From: Ruegeria sp. 2205SS24-7
Lineage (GTDB): Bacteria; Pseudomonadota; Alphaproteobacteria; Rhodobacterales; Rhodobacteraceae
Length of the DNA: 64,000 nt
Assembly (NCBI RefSeq): GCF_030758345.1
Contig: NZ_JAVAMO010000007.1
Span: forward strand, 137,127-201,126
Direction: 5' to 3'
Under the pieces are notes generated by a model. The model saw only the letters and a list, made by a program, of their open reading frames with translations, was not told the DNA's origin and made no database searches. Shown in pieces: positions 55,001 through 62,068 of the stretch (its first letter is position 1; the number at the start of each line of letters is the position of its first letter). Both the position numbers and the translations under genes were made by a program.

Positions 55001-57415
55001 GCAATGGTCCCTTCACGTATTGTCACGCTGAAGGCCTGGCCGCTCACCAGCAGCGGCAAAATCGATCAGGCCGCCCTGCCCGCCCCGGCCAGCCCGCGTT
55101 TGACTGACGCGGACGCCCCCAAGCCCGGGCTGGAGCAGCAGATCGCCTCGGTCTGGATGCAGGTATTGGGCCGCGACGCGATAGGCCGTCAGGATGACCT
55201 GTTTGATCTGGGGGCCGATTCCCTGAAAATCGTCCTGATCGTGAGCGCACTGAAAGCCCAGGGAATAGCCGCCAGCGTCACCGACCTCTACCTTTGTCGA
55301 AGCGTCGAATTGCTTGTCCGGCAGGTGGAGTCTGCAAAGCCCGACTTGCCGGTGGCAGGCAAACGCCAAAGCGATGTGGTACCGGTGACGGCGATCCAGA
55401 ACTGGTTTTTTGCGCGTTTCGACGGCGACCTGAACCATTTCAATCAGGCGGTCACCCTGCGGCTTGACGGGTCCGAGCCCAGCGAGCACATCCGCGCAAA
55501 TCTGGTTGAACTCGCCCGGAAACACCCCGCGTTGTGCACCCGTTTCCGCAAGATCGAAGGCGCATGGCATCAAGACCTGAGCGGCCACGCGGACGCGGCC
55601 ATTGGCACCGTCGAACATCATCGTACAGACAGCGATGCAGCGGTGCAGGATATCGCGGAAGCCCTTCAACGCGCGTTGACCATCGACGAGGGGCGGCTCA
55701 TGTCCGCCGCTCGGATCAGCCACGAGACCAAAGGCGAGTTTCTGGTGCTGATCGTCCACCATCTCGCCGTGGATGGCTATAGCTGGCGGCTGATCCTCAA
55801 GGATCTGAACGACCTGATGGCGGGAAAACCGCTCACACTGGAAACCGGGTGGTCGATCTCTGATCTGGCGAATGCCGAGACCGAACTGCGGGGACTGCCT
55901 GCGCTGGAACGCGAAAGCGTGGAATGGCGGCATCTGCTCGACGCGGTGGCGCGGCCGCCATGGGCTCGGAACCGACCCTGTTCGAACCGGTCCATGTGCA
56001 ATGCAAGCGCGAAACTGCCTGCCGAGGCGACTTCGCAGTTGCTGGCGTCAGTCGGCCCGGGGATGGAGAGCCTGCTGCTCAGCGCCTTCGCCTCCGCGCT
56101 GCGCCGCGCCCTCGCCCTTGGCGACCTCCTGTTCTTGCTCGAAGGGCATGGCCGCGCGCCGTTGCTGCGCGCGGCGGACCTGTCCGAGACCGTTGGCTGG
56201 TGCACGGCGATCTACCCAGTCGCCCTGCCTGCGAGCACCGCGGGTGAACCAGACAAAGTTGCCGATGCGATTGCCGCCGTGCCCTCCGGCGGCGCGGGTT
56301 TCCTGCGCCTTCTTGCGGGTGACGCGGAATTGTCGCAGCGTGTCAAAGGCGCAATCGTCTTCAACTATCTCGGTGAGTTCGGCACGCAGGCGGCAGGACA
56401 ACCAGGACCCGTCATTGCCGGGGCCCACGGCACCATGATCGACCCGGCGGCATCGGCGCTTGCTCCCATCGACGGACTTGCCCTTGTGCAGAACGGCCAG
56501 TTGTCCATCACACTGCGCGCCGACCCGGATATCCTCCCGCCCGACCTGCTGAACGCCGTGGTCCGCGACATGCTGGAAGAGGCGCGATCACAGGCACCGC
56601 GACACCAGGCGAAACCGGCACCGCAAATGGCGCGGCCTTATGATGTTCCGCCAGTGGAAACGCCTACAACTCTGAATACCGCTACGGGTTCCGATCTCTT
56701 TGCCATGCCCCCGCTGCTAGGATACGGGGCCGCGTTTTCCCGGCTTGCAAATGCCCTTGAGCATACCCGCCTGCACGCGTTCGACTTCATCGAAACCGAA
56801 GACCGCATGGCGCGATATGTCGACGCGATCACCTTTGTCACAGGCGACAAACCGATCCGATTGCTCGGTCTTTCCGGCGGCGCGCTGCTTGCTTTCGAGG
56901 TGACAAAGGCGCTGGAGGCCAGAGGATACCGGGTTGCGGATCTGATCCTTCTGGACACCCCGGCCAATCTTGCGCCTGTCCAACGCTCGACCGATGAGAT
57001 CGAAGCAAAAATCCAGGCAGATCTGTCTTATCTTCAGAACCAGATGGCGGAGGAAGGCGGCACCTATCAGGCGGCAGTCAATGATACCGAAGCCCAGACC
57101 ACTCTGATTGCCAAGATGCGGCGGTTCATCGAATATCTCGACCCGCTGGTAACCTCTGGAACCGCAAAGGCGAACATTCACCAGATCCGGTCGGAACAGC
57201 ATTGGGAAGCCGATGCGGCCTGGTCGCGCTGGCGCACGCTGACCTGCGCGCGCTTCCAGACTTACCAGGGCTCGGGCCAGCACGCGGATATGCTCGACCA
57301 GCGCAATGGACCGGCAAACGCCCGCATCATCGAACATATTCTCCAGCAAGCGGACAGGAGGCATCTGAAGGCCGCCGACGCCGCGGAAGAGCGTCCTAAG
57401 GAAAGACTCGGCTAA
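46058..57415 (+). CDS. Terminal NRPS (about 3785 aa from ATG 46058). Domain order: C-A-PCP, C-A-PCP, C-A-PCP-E-TE.
   Basis: C domains: WTHHHVLLDGWC, LHHIIGDAIS, LHHIVGDGWS. A domains with YTSGSTGQPKG, FTSGTTGQPKG and FTSGSTGRPKG, each with YRTGD or YCTGD, a GRxDxQVK(L/V/I)RGxRIE A8 motif and GKID(R/Q). PCPs: GGHSL, GGHSL, GADSL. E domain: VHHLAVDGYSW and LLEGHGRA. TE: GLSGG nucleophile elbow. The start is set at ATG 46058 (MIRKEQIADIYPLSPMQEAM, a typical C-domain N-terminus). The longest-ORF start at 45980 would overlap gene 3 by 29 nt and has no RBS spacing. Confidence 0.88.
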   Translation: MIRKEQIADIYPLSPMQEAMVVAGLRDPDSTAYVQQLRITLNRDLNQDTFKAAWQELVDRHTILRTAFILRNTPRFLQAVLKQVEPDIATQDLTQLTEEEQAARIEQICLSERIRGFDLTSGPPSRIRLIRRGPQSHVMIWTHHHVLLDGWCLGLIAEEFFQLYAALRDGHAPGLGPARPYSSFVKWVQDRPVEQSLPYWKDYLAGYEPMSRLPTGDTPHPAAGMIDEECTLDHRIFEAVNALAARLRVTKGALLHAAWGVFLAKYSDTDDALFTSVIANRPPSLPGAEQMIGLLINAVPVRVRLGAEDSFAQLAQQVQADMLARAEHEHVPLATIQGVAPQAAQVFDTLLIVQNYPLGGVASDGLSGGLQAIPDTLTEETHAPLTLNVSLADGIHLHLSARPEHHDAAMASQMIRHFAGLLERLIDRADDPLITQTPLGHTEALSLSAPPDTQPIPASMAELLAGQVTKTPDATALTAGAKTLSYAELSHRADRLAAHLSASLGLRRGDKVGLMLPRGSWLVTAMLALIRMGVAYVPLGPRDPAARTGFVLIDAGVTALITAADVALPDGFDGKIIRLGEDTSLPDAASHGATPAPDDLIYIAYTSGSTGQPKGVEIAHRNVAAFTETLPATLGLRAGQRILGLTTHTFDISFLELISSLALGLEVVLADDETAADPIAICDLIKTQKIDVLQTTPSRLRTLVEVGGWKALEDLNTILVGGEALPSDLFDGLRTLPETRSINVYGPTETTIWSTAQDLSDGLLCIGRPFPGEAAFVSGRNGQVMPVGAVGELCITGAGLGRGYHQRPDLTAERFADHPFVPAAKCYRTGDLARRRTDGRFEVLGRLDDQVKLRGHRIELGEIESTLRGLHGIEAAVVLPERGASGETKALTAYVVCKTGTAPDGILGQLASLLPAHMIPGALVPLDRLPLMPSGKIDRSALRQFEATAPVTRDVTDLPRDETEQGIARIIAEVLDRPVFGRSEDFFVAGGHSLLTARVIGRIRRDFGCSISIREYFAAPTVAGLAKHVRARGGAQGTRILPAPEAPDHPLTPAQRQLYVLDRIRPGRADYIVSTAFLLEGPLDLSALQRALDGLVLRHEALRTAFVMRGDTPRQMVQPVRPYALERRDVSDVPTAEGEIAAFAIRSFDLADGYLSRALLLRIDTEAHVMGFALHHIIGDAISLDVIARDLSRLYNSERAGRQATLKPLALQQRDIAHWIAERAESPDMDDAASYWADIMKGPVPRLDLPLDRPRPATLDDAGGIVSHELDPELALALQHCAQRAGISLFALVTAITALTLTRWSAQDEVILGTAVAGRDLTELEPQVGLYVNMVPLRLRVAEHDGIDDFLSAANAVLIGALEHQHYPYDQLIDRLQLDHSPDRTPLVEAVVGLQRAAPSRAEFDGLSFTPLTRSGSAVRFDLTFDLVERGERCFSLDLSYRKSVFSGSRAERLAESWRHVAEQITSMPGHALSDLAITPDIAAEGAQVPKTRALTEMFADQVARTPSAIALVEGDRHLTYQALNDQITAFAQALIAAHGVAPGDLVGLLLPRSADAVIALLAIQYAGAAYVPLDPKLPDTRLEQITKQAGIRLVVTDAADANRARGALSVDVAEVGERASAKVSLPKISTDDLAYVLFTSGTTGQPKGVMIEHRSVANLILWMNRTIHGGPEAQPGHHAALAALSFDVSVHEIYAALLFGHTLHIVTDEVKTSPRHLSQQIERDGITSLSLTPSLLSVLLDADRIAPNWPVRTLLMGAEELPLPMIEAVRHAARQPDLRIFNLYGPSETCVDATWHEFGTDLSQDTAAPIGVPIDGAEVLICDPQMRALPPGAMGQICISGPGLARAYLNAPDLTNAAFVPHPMRPGTRLYCTGDFGYRREDGVLMFAGRRDHQVKVRGHRIELLEIERQLATLPDISSVVVTAPEGPAGRDLVAYVAAEALDIPWLRQKLAEALPAYMVPEVYVRLDRMPLNASGKIDRARLPAASGPVETGTPPRPGREAQIAAIWSNILGTRNVKREDEFFRSGGHSLAAIRLLTALERDLGVAVPLPDFFRRPTVSGLAELSLQAGTPDTIPPAPIAAHYPLSPAQRRLWVLNEIDPTAYLLNVAVRIDGPLCIDLLARACAEVGKRHFALGTRLVTPDGIPRQIPAACPITLIKHVARGWSESRLLTALEQQARKPFDLETGPPLRLQIWDHGDDRALFLLSLHHIVGDGWSLNLILSEICTLYDAFSRDEPSPLLPLTLQAHDIAVHEDKQMARLQQAHEGPLAAARAYWHEKLDGGPTRLDLPADRPRPRVKTSAGHTIPFRFHAAAAESLCRRAETLNGGLFPLLTALVKVLLHRYTGEQDIWLGTAIAARQGQDRAAQVGFHVDTVVLRDQVSAAMPFDTFLGNVAETIAQATAHAAYPIDALIDELDVERDTSRAGLFDAMIVYNVAEAQEIGLRDVTLTPLPLADDIARFDLTVHITRDGDALRGAVEYNTDLFDADRMDRLIAHLQSLAASITTASEAAIGALELIPQSEQAQLDRFSAGPSAPLPTGTIPEAVWAQAGQTPQSLAIAGPDPLSYAELKSRAQALGRWLVETGQLAPGEAVGVCMERGTDLIVALLAVMEAGGVYLPLEPDHPKARIDRTLAEAGCRLVLSDAAGSVVSDLAPPSATRGDLTLGVRAANALQTHPDCAYLIFTSGSTGRPKGVRVSHGAFLNMVAAQNAAFGLALGDRVLFFASPAFDASLAEIFTTLTSGATLVPATAERVRDGANFASWMTDERISVATLPPAYLAALRQPDLPHLRVLITAGEAPLHKDVAHYAPRLSYFNAYGPTENAVCSTIQRVTSADGPIPIGRPIANTKVLILDDTQSPVPIGVPGEICLAGASLALGYLDPAQTAARFVKGPDGMRLYRTGDLGCWTKDGTVLYAGRDDAQVKIRGQRIEPGEVAAALETHPDVQSALALVREDMLCAYVVGHGKERELRRHASTILPSAMVPSRIVTLKAWPLTSSGKIDQAALPAPASPRLTDADAPKPGLEQQIASVWMQVLGRDAIGRQDDLFDLGADSLKIVLIVSALKAQGIAASVTDLYLCRSVELLVRQVESAKPDLPVAGKRQSDVVPVTAIQNWFFARFDGDLNHFNQAVTLRLDGSEPSEHIRANLVELARKHPALCTRFRKIEGAWHQDLSGHADAAIGTVEHHRTDSDAAVQDIAEALQRALTIDEGRLMSAARISHETKGEFLVLIVHHLAVDGYSWRLILKDLNDLMAGKPLTLETGWSISDLANAETELRGLPALERESVEWRHLLDAVARPPWARNRPCSNRSMCNASAKLPAEATSQLLASVGPGMESLLLSAFASALRRALALGDLLFLLEGHGRAPLLRAADLSETVGWCTAIYPVALPASTAGEPDKVADAIAAVPSGGAGFLRLLAGDAELSQRVKGAIVFNYLGEFGTQAAGQPGPVIAGAHGTMIDPAASALAPIDGLALVQNGQLSITLRADPDILPPDLLNAVVRDMLEEARSQAPRHQAKPAPQMARPYDVPPVETPTTLNTATGSDLFAMPPLLGYGAAFSRLANALEHTRLHAFDFIETEDRMARYVDAITFVTGDKPIRLLGLSGGALLAFEVTKALEARGYRVADLILLDTPANLAPVQRSTDEIEAKIQADLSYLQNQMAEEGGTYQAAVNDTEAQTTLIAKMRRFIEYLDPLVTSGTAKANIHQIRSEQHWEADAAWSRWRTLTCARFQTYQGSGQHADMLDQRNGPANARIIEHILQQADRRHLKAADAAEERPKERLG
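56640..57412 (+). other. C-terminal type I thioesterase (release/cyclisation) domain of gene 4.
   Basis: LLGLSGGALLAFEV (GxSxG) ~225 aa after the E domain, within an alpha/beta-hydrolase-length C-terminal region. Confidence 0.75.
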
Positions 57416-57463
57416 GGAGTGCTCCGCTGACCCCTTCAGGTAGTTCCGAAATAGGGCTGCTTC

Positions 57464-58561
57464 CTAGTCCGGGCTATCCCCCAACTCCATCCTGAGCGAC
57501 GGGAAATCCGGCGAAACGGTTGGGACCTCCGCACAGTTTCGCTCCTTCAGATACTGTTCGACACCAGGATGCAGCGGCATCTCATGATCGGCAGCCAACA
57601 TTTCAGCCGGGTCCTGAATCGATAGTGCGAGATGCTGCGCGAGCAGTATCTGGGGGTTTCCAAACAGCACGCGGGTCAGGTGGCAGGTCACATAGGCGGG
57701 CAGTTCTTCGTGAAAGAGCAGCGATACTTCGAAATCGAAGGCACCGGGGATTTCCAACTGAGTGGCAGCGGTATCAGTGCCGGCTTCGGGATCAAATGGT
57801 TCTACCACGCCCGCAATCTGGTCATCTTCCTCGAAGCTGACAACGCGCGCACCGCAACGCGCCGCCGTCTCGATAAGTGCCGGCGAGATCAGGCCAATCA
57901 GGCTGAGGAACGCGTCGATCTCACCCGAACAGAGAGACCGCAGATTGTCGTCGCGCGTGGCGTTGCGCACTTCGCCCAGATCGGCCGACGAAAGACCGTT
58001 TGCGGCCAGCAGGTTTTGCCACAATTGGCGGGTGGTCGATCCTTCCACGCCAAGGTTGATCCTTTTGCCCCGCAAGTCGGCAATTGAGTCAATCCCGGAG
58101 TTCCGAGCGACAACCATAACACCTGCATGGTTGATCAACGCTGTACCGAAGCGCGCGCGTGGTATCATCGAGGCGTCCTCTGAATACCCGGCCTCTGCGT
58201 CTCCGCGAACCAATATGGATTGTGCTTGTCCACCATTCATCAAATGAATGTTCTCCTGCGATCCTTCGGATTGCAGGGCGGCGCAGTGAATCCGATGTTG
58301 GGCGAAATTGGCCGAGAGGACTTCGCAGATACCGCTCGCCACATAGAAATAGGTGCTGACGGTCGACCCCGAATAGATGCCCAGAAACCACTCGGGCGGG
58401 CGGCGCGCGTCCGACAGGCGCTCGTTGTATTGGGCACCGTCATCCGTCAGCTCTGGGACAAGATTTGGCCGGTATGGCACCGCCAGAAGCTCTTCGGTGG
58501 TCTGCGCATCCGCAGCCAGACCGGTTATCAGCATCGCAATCAGAGGTAGTCGTTTCATCAT
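57464..58561 (-). CDS. Periplasmic solute-binding protein with a type II PBP fold (TAXI-TRAP or PhnD-like).
   Basis: Signal peptide MMKRLPLIAMLITGLAADAQT. GIYSGSTVSTYFYVASGICEVL resembles the G-x-x-GG-x-YY-x-x-G loop of TAXI receptors. The ORF-track start at 58600 is trimmed to the Met-Met that precedes the signal peptide. Confidence 0.45.
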   Translation of the reverse strand: MMKRLPLIAMLITGLAADAQTTEELLAVPYRPNLVPELTDDGAQYNERLSDARRPPEWFLGIYSGSTVSTYFYVASGICEVLSANFAQHRIHCAALQSEGSQENIHLMNGGQAQSILVRGDAEAGYSEDASMIPRARFGTALINHAGVMVVARNSGIDSIADLRGKRINLGVEGSTTRQLWQNLLAANGLSSADLGEVRNATRDDNLRSLCSGEIDAFLSLIGLISPALIETAARCGARVVSFEEDDQIAGVVEPFDPEAGTDTAATQLEIPGAFDFEVSLLFHEELPAYVTCHLTRVLFGNPQILLAQHLALSIQDPAEMLAADHEMPLHPGVEQYLKERNCAEVPTVSPDFPSLRMELGDSPD

Positions 58562-58630
58562 CGCATTTCCCGGCATTCGACCTGAACCTCGCAATAACAC
58601 TCCGTGACAAGAACCAAGCGGGGCATGGCC

Positions 58631-60247
58631 TCAGCGCACCTTGGCCATCTGTCCGTCCGCCATAGCATAGACCGTATCGGCGACATCGAAATACTGTTCG
58701 TCATGGGTGATGCAGATGACAATCCGTCCTTCGGCGGCCAGCGCCGGAAGGACCTCGCGATAGAAAACCCGACGGAAATGCGGGTCCTGATCTGCGGCCC
58801 ATTCGTCAAGCATGAGGATCGGCGCGTCCTGCAGCAGGGCCACGATCAGGGCCAGACGCTTGCGCTGACCAGCCGACAGTTCTGTTGTTGTAAAGGCCCC
58901 ATCGGCCAGTTCGACCTTATCGCTCAGTTCGAACTGCGCAAGCAGGGCGGCGACCCGCGAAGGATCGACATCTTCGAGCCCAAAGAGCGAGCGGAACATG
59001 TAATAGTCGGAAAAAACCACGCCGACCCCGTCGCGATAGGCGCCGAACTGTTCCGCTTCGATCGGCACCCTATCAAGCAGAAGACGGCCTGCATCGGGAT
59101 GGACGAGGCCTGTCATCAACCGGAACAAGGTCGACTTTCCCGACCCGTTTCCGCCGGTGATGAAGCTGATCTGACCCCTATGAAAGGACGCATCTGTTGG
59201 TTGCAACACAAAGCTCGCCCGGCCTTCTGCGTCGTGGAACGTGTAACTCACGCCCTCAAGCGTCAGTGATTTGGGTTGCGTGTCGAAGGACAGCGGATGC
59301 TCATCGTCACTTTCAGCCGCCGCCGCGCGCAGGCGGTCGTTCAGATTGTGAATGTTTCGAAGCGCCCGTATGGTGTTGTTCACCGCAGGAACCCCCTGCG
59401 CGAGGCTGGAAAGCGCTCCGATCATGAAGAGTGCGGCCATGGTCGCCTGAAGGACGACGTCGTGATAGGTGTCGGTGAACAGGGGCACCACAAAAACCAT
59501 CACACCCAGCAGAATGTAGAAAAGCGTCTGCGTCAGAACATATTCGCGCGCCCAGTGCCGCCTTATCCGGTTTGTCGTCGCACGCGTTTCGTCAGACTGG
59601 AATCTCAACTGCGCTTCGACATCGGCGCCCCGCGCCTCGTTGAAGGTGATCTCCTTGATGCCTGAGTGCATACCCCGAAAAGCGGTGAATAGCCCGTTCT
59701 GAGTGACCGAAAGTGCATCGGTCTGTTTGTGCAATGCGTTCAGCCGCGTCACATGGAACCCCACCGCAAAGATCCCGAACAGACCCACAAGCACGAAGGC
59801 AATCGTTGACAGGTAGGCGATGTATAGCGACATGAATATCAGAAGCAGGCTTTGCTGAGCACCGACCACGATCAGCGGCAGGGTGTCCGAGATTGTCTGC
59901 GCCTCTTGCGTCACCGCCTTGTAGATCGGTGCTCGCCCAATGCGCTGAAGCGCGGCGTAATCGGCGTCGCGCGTTGCCTCCAGAATGCTGCGACGCAGAT
60001 CGGCGATCATCCGCTCCGCACCGTTTGCCGCCTCCTGCATCAGCGATCGTTGCGCAACGCTGTAGACAATAATGCTCAGCAGGAAGTAGAGCGCCAGCCC
60101 AAAGCCGCTATCGTCCTCCTCCCGCCCAAGAGACAGGTTGACGACCGCAATCGTCATCGTTGTGGCAAGCGCCGACAGCGCGAGCATCACCAGAAATCTG
60201 CGGCGATCCACCTCCAGGTCGTTGAGCAGTTGCCGCAGGAACTCCAT
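58631..60247 (-). CDS. ABC half-transporter (fused TMD-NBD) of the cyclic-peptide/siderophore-peptide exporter family (SyrD/PvdE/YojI-like).
   Basis: 538 aa. N-terminal ~300 aa hydrophobic six-helix region. Walker A ITGGNGSGKSTLFRLMTGL. ABC signature LSAGQRKRLALIVALL. Walker B ILMLDEWAADQD. H-loop ICITHD. Confidence 0.85.
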   Translation of the reverse strand: MEFLRQLLNDLEVDRRRFLVMLALSALATTMTIAVVNLSLGREEDDSGFGLALYFLLSIIVYSVAQRSLMQEAANGAERMIADLRRSILEATRDADYAALQRIGRAPIYKAVTQEAQTISDTLPLIVVGAQQSLLLIFMSLYIAYLSTIAFVLVGLFGIFAVGFHVTRLNALHKQTDALSVTQNGLFTAFRGMHSGIKEITFNEARGADVEAQLRFQSDETRATTNRIRRHWAREYVLTQTLFYILLGVMVFVVPLFTDTYHDVVLQATMAALFMIGALSSLAQGVPAVNNTIRALRNIHNLNDRLRAAAAESDDEHPLSFDTQPKSLTLEGVSYTFHDAEGRASFVLQPTDASFHRGQISFITGGNGSGKSTLFRLMTGLVHPDAGRLLLDRVPIEAEQFGAYRDGVGVVFSDYYMFRSLFGLEDVDPSRVAALLAQFELSDKVELADGAFTTTELSAGQRKRLALIVALLQDAPILMLDEWAADQDPHFRRVFYREVLPALAAEGRIVICITHDEQYFDVADTVYAMADGQMAKVR

Positions 60248-60252
60248 CGCGA

Positions 60253-61908
60253 TCAGTTCCCCGCCGGCGCGGCGGGGCCAGCATCGATCTGCATCCCCTC
60301 GCTGAGATGGATGCGCCGGTCTGCCACGTCGAAATAGGCATCATCATGGGTCACTGCGATGATGGTCTTTCCTTCGGTCTTCAGCTTGGGCAGGATCTCG
60401 CGATAGAATTTCTTGCGGAAATGCGGGTCCTGATCGGCTGCCCATTCATCAAGAACTAGCAGCGGGCGATCCTCCAGCAGAGCGACCACCAGAGCGAGGC
60501 GTTTCTTCTGTCCTGTCGATAGATTGAGCGTCGTGAAGCGCGCGCCCTCTACACCAACGATACCTTCCAACTCAAAGAGCCTGAGCTGCGCCGCTACCGT
60601 TTCGGCGGGAACACTGCGCAGGCCAAAGAGTTCCGGGAAAAGGTGAAAATCGGACAGAACAGACGCGATCTGTGCGCGAAAGTCCTGGGCATTGACCTCG
60701 CTGATGGCGCGCCCGTCAACCTTGAGACGACCCGCTGAGGGTACGTAGAGCCCAGTCAGTATCCGCATCAGTGTCGATTTGCCCGATCCGTTGCCGCCCG
60801 AGATGAACAGAATCTCTCCGCGCGCGACATGCAGATTGACCGGACCCAGATGGAAGGGTTCGACATCCTGTTTGGCGGGATACTCATACTCGGCATCCTC
60901 AAGCACGATGCGCTCGAACTGGGCAAATCTCACCGGATCGGCACTGGCGTGCTCACCCGAACTCGCGGCATATTCCAACAGGCGCGCCTCAAGCCCTAGG
61001 ATGCGCGTTGCCGAAGCCTCGGCCGCGCCCAGAACCGCAACCGCCTGAACAACGAGCCCGATGGGCCCGATGATGAACAACACCGCGGTCGCCGTTTTTG
61101 TGAGGTTGCCCGCGCTGATATCGGTGTAGCTGGGCACCACGAACACCACGACGCCAAGCAGGAAGAACAGTGCTAACTGCCCGAAGATATAGAGGTCGAA
61201 ACCTACATTCTGCATCTCAATCCGGCTCTCTGCGGCACGTTCTACTGACCGGTCGAAAGCTGCGGCAAGCTTCTCGCGGCGCGGGCGGAACATGCGGACC
61301 TCTTTCCAGCCGTCCAACTGGTCGGTGATCTGTTCAAACATCCGTCTATCATCCGCCGCGACCTGCATGTGCGACTGCATCACCTGCTGACCGCGGCGGA
61401 AATAAACATATCCGGCGAACAAAATCGCCAGAGTCAGCATTACGAAAGTCGCCTTGGAGGTGGCAAAGATGTAGCCGAGGATCGCGATGACCATGATCGC
61501 CGACCGGAACGCGATCGCGATATACTGGCTGTTCTGCGAGATCGTGTTCGAGGCCTGCGTAACGCAGTCAAAGAGTTCGGCATCGCCGATCCTGTCCCGT
61601 TGCGCAGGGTTGAGCATGCGCAAAAGGCCGATGAGATCGCAACGCGCCTCATGGATTGCATCCTCGACCAGCACCGCGAATCTGGACAGAAGGCGCAACT
61701 CAAAAACTAGAAACAGCGCCAGTGCCACGCAAAAGAGACCGGCCATCAGCCAATCCACATTATCGATGCCCTCCGACGCGATATCCTGCGCCGCCCGGTT
61801 GACCAACACCATGATGCCCACGGTGCACAGGCTGGAGCCTGCAGCCACCAGACTGAGCGCCTTCAGCGGCAGCGCAGCTTTCCGCGTGATCAGTGCAAAA
61901 AGCTGCAT
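60253..61908 (-). CDS. Second, paralogous SyrD/PvdE-like ABC half-transporter (fused TMD-NBD). It is the probable heterodimer partner of 58631-60247.
   Basis: 551 aa. Walker A ISGGNGSGKSTLMRILTGL. Signature LSTGQKKRLALVVALL. Walker B LLVLDEWAADQD. H-loop AVTHD. Same architecture as the adjacent gene, which lies 5 nt downstream. Confidence 0.85.
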   Translation of the reverse strand: MQLFALITRKAALPLKALSLVAAGSSLCTVGIMVLVNRAAQDIASEGIDNVDWLMAGLFCVALALFLVFELRLLSRFAVLVEDAIHEARCDLIGLLRMLNPAQRDRIGDAELFDCVTQASNTISQNSQYIAIAFRSAIMVIAILGYIFATSKATFVMLTLAILFAGYVYFRRGQQVMQSHMQVAADDRRMFEQITDQLDGWKEVRMFRPRREKLAAAFDRSVERAAESRIEMQNVGFDLYIFGQLALFFLLGVVVFVVPSYTDISAGNLTKTATAVLFIIGPIGLVVQAVAVLGAAEASATRILGLEARLLEYAASSGEHASADPVRFAQFERIVLEDAEYEYPAKQDVEPFHLGPVNLHVARGEILFISGGNGSGKSTLMRILTGLYVPSAGRLKVDGRAISEVNAQDFRAQIASVLSDFHLFPELFGLRSVPAETVAAQLRLFELEGIVGVEGARFTTLNLSTGQKKRLALVVALLEDRPLLVLDEWAADQDPHFRKKFYREILPKLKTEGKTIIAVTHDDAYFDVADRRIHLSEGMQIDAGPAAPAGN

Positions 61909-62068
61909 AGCACCTCAGTGGGCGAGTGTTTCATGAGAGGCACTCTGAGACAGAGTGCGCACGATCCCCCATCGCCAATTAGGTACCTCGAATCGGTCAC
62001 GAAAGAACCCCATCCACTACCATCAAACTCTGCCCAGATTTTTCGTCCGCAAACACCTGCTCCGCGCT

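Noticed and set aside
57416-57463. Possible bidirectional terminator between the convergent gene 4 and the solute-binding protein gene
   Set aside because: No convincing GC-rich hairpin followed by a T-tract was found in the 48 bp gap.
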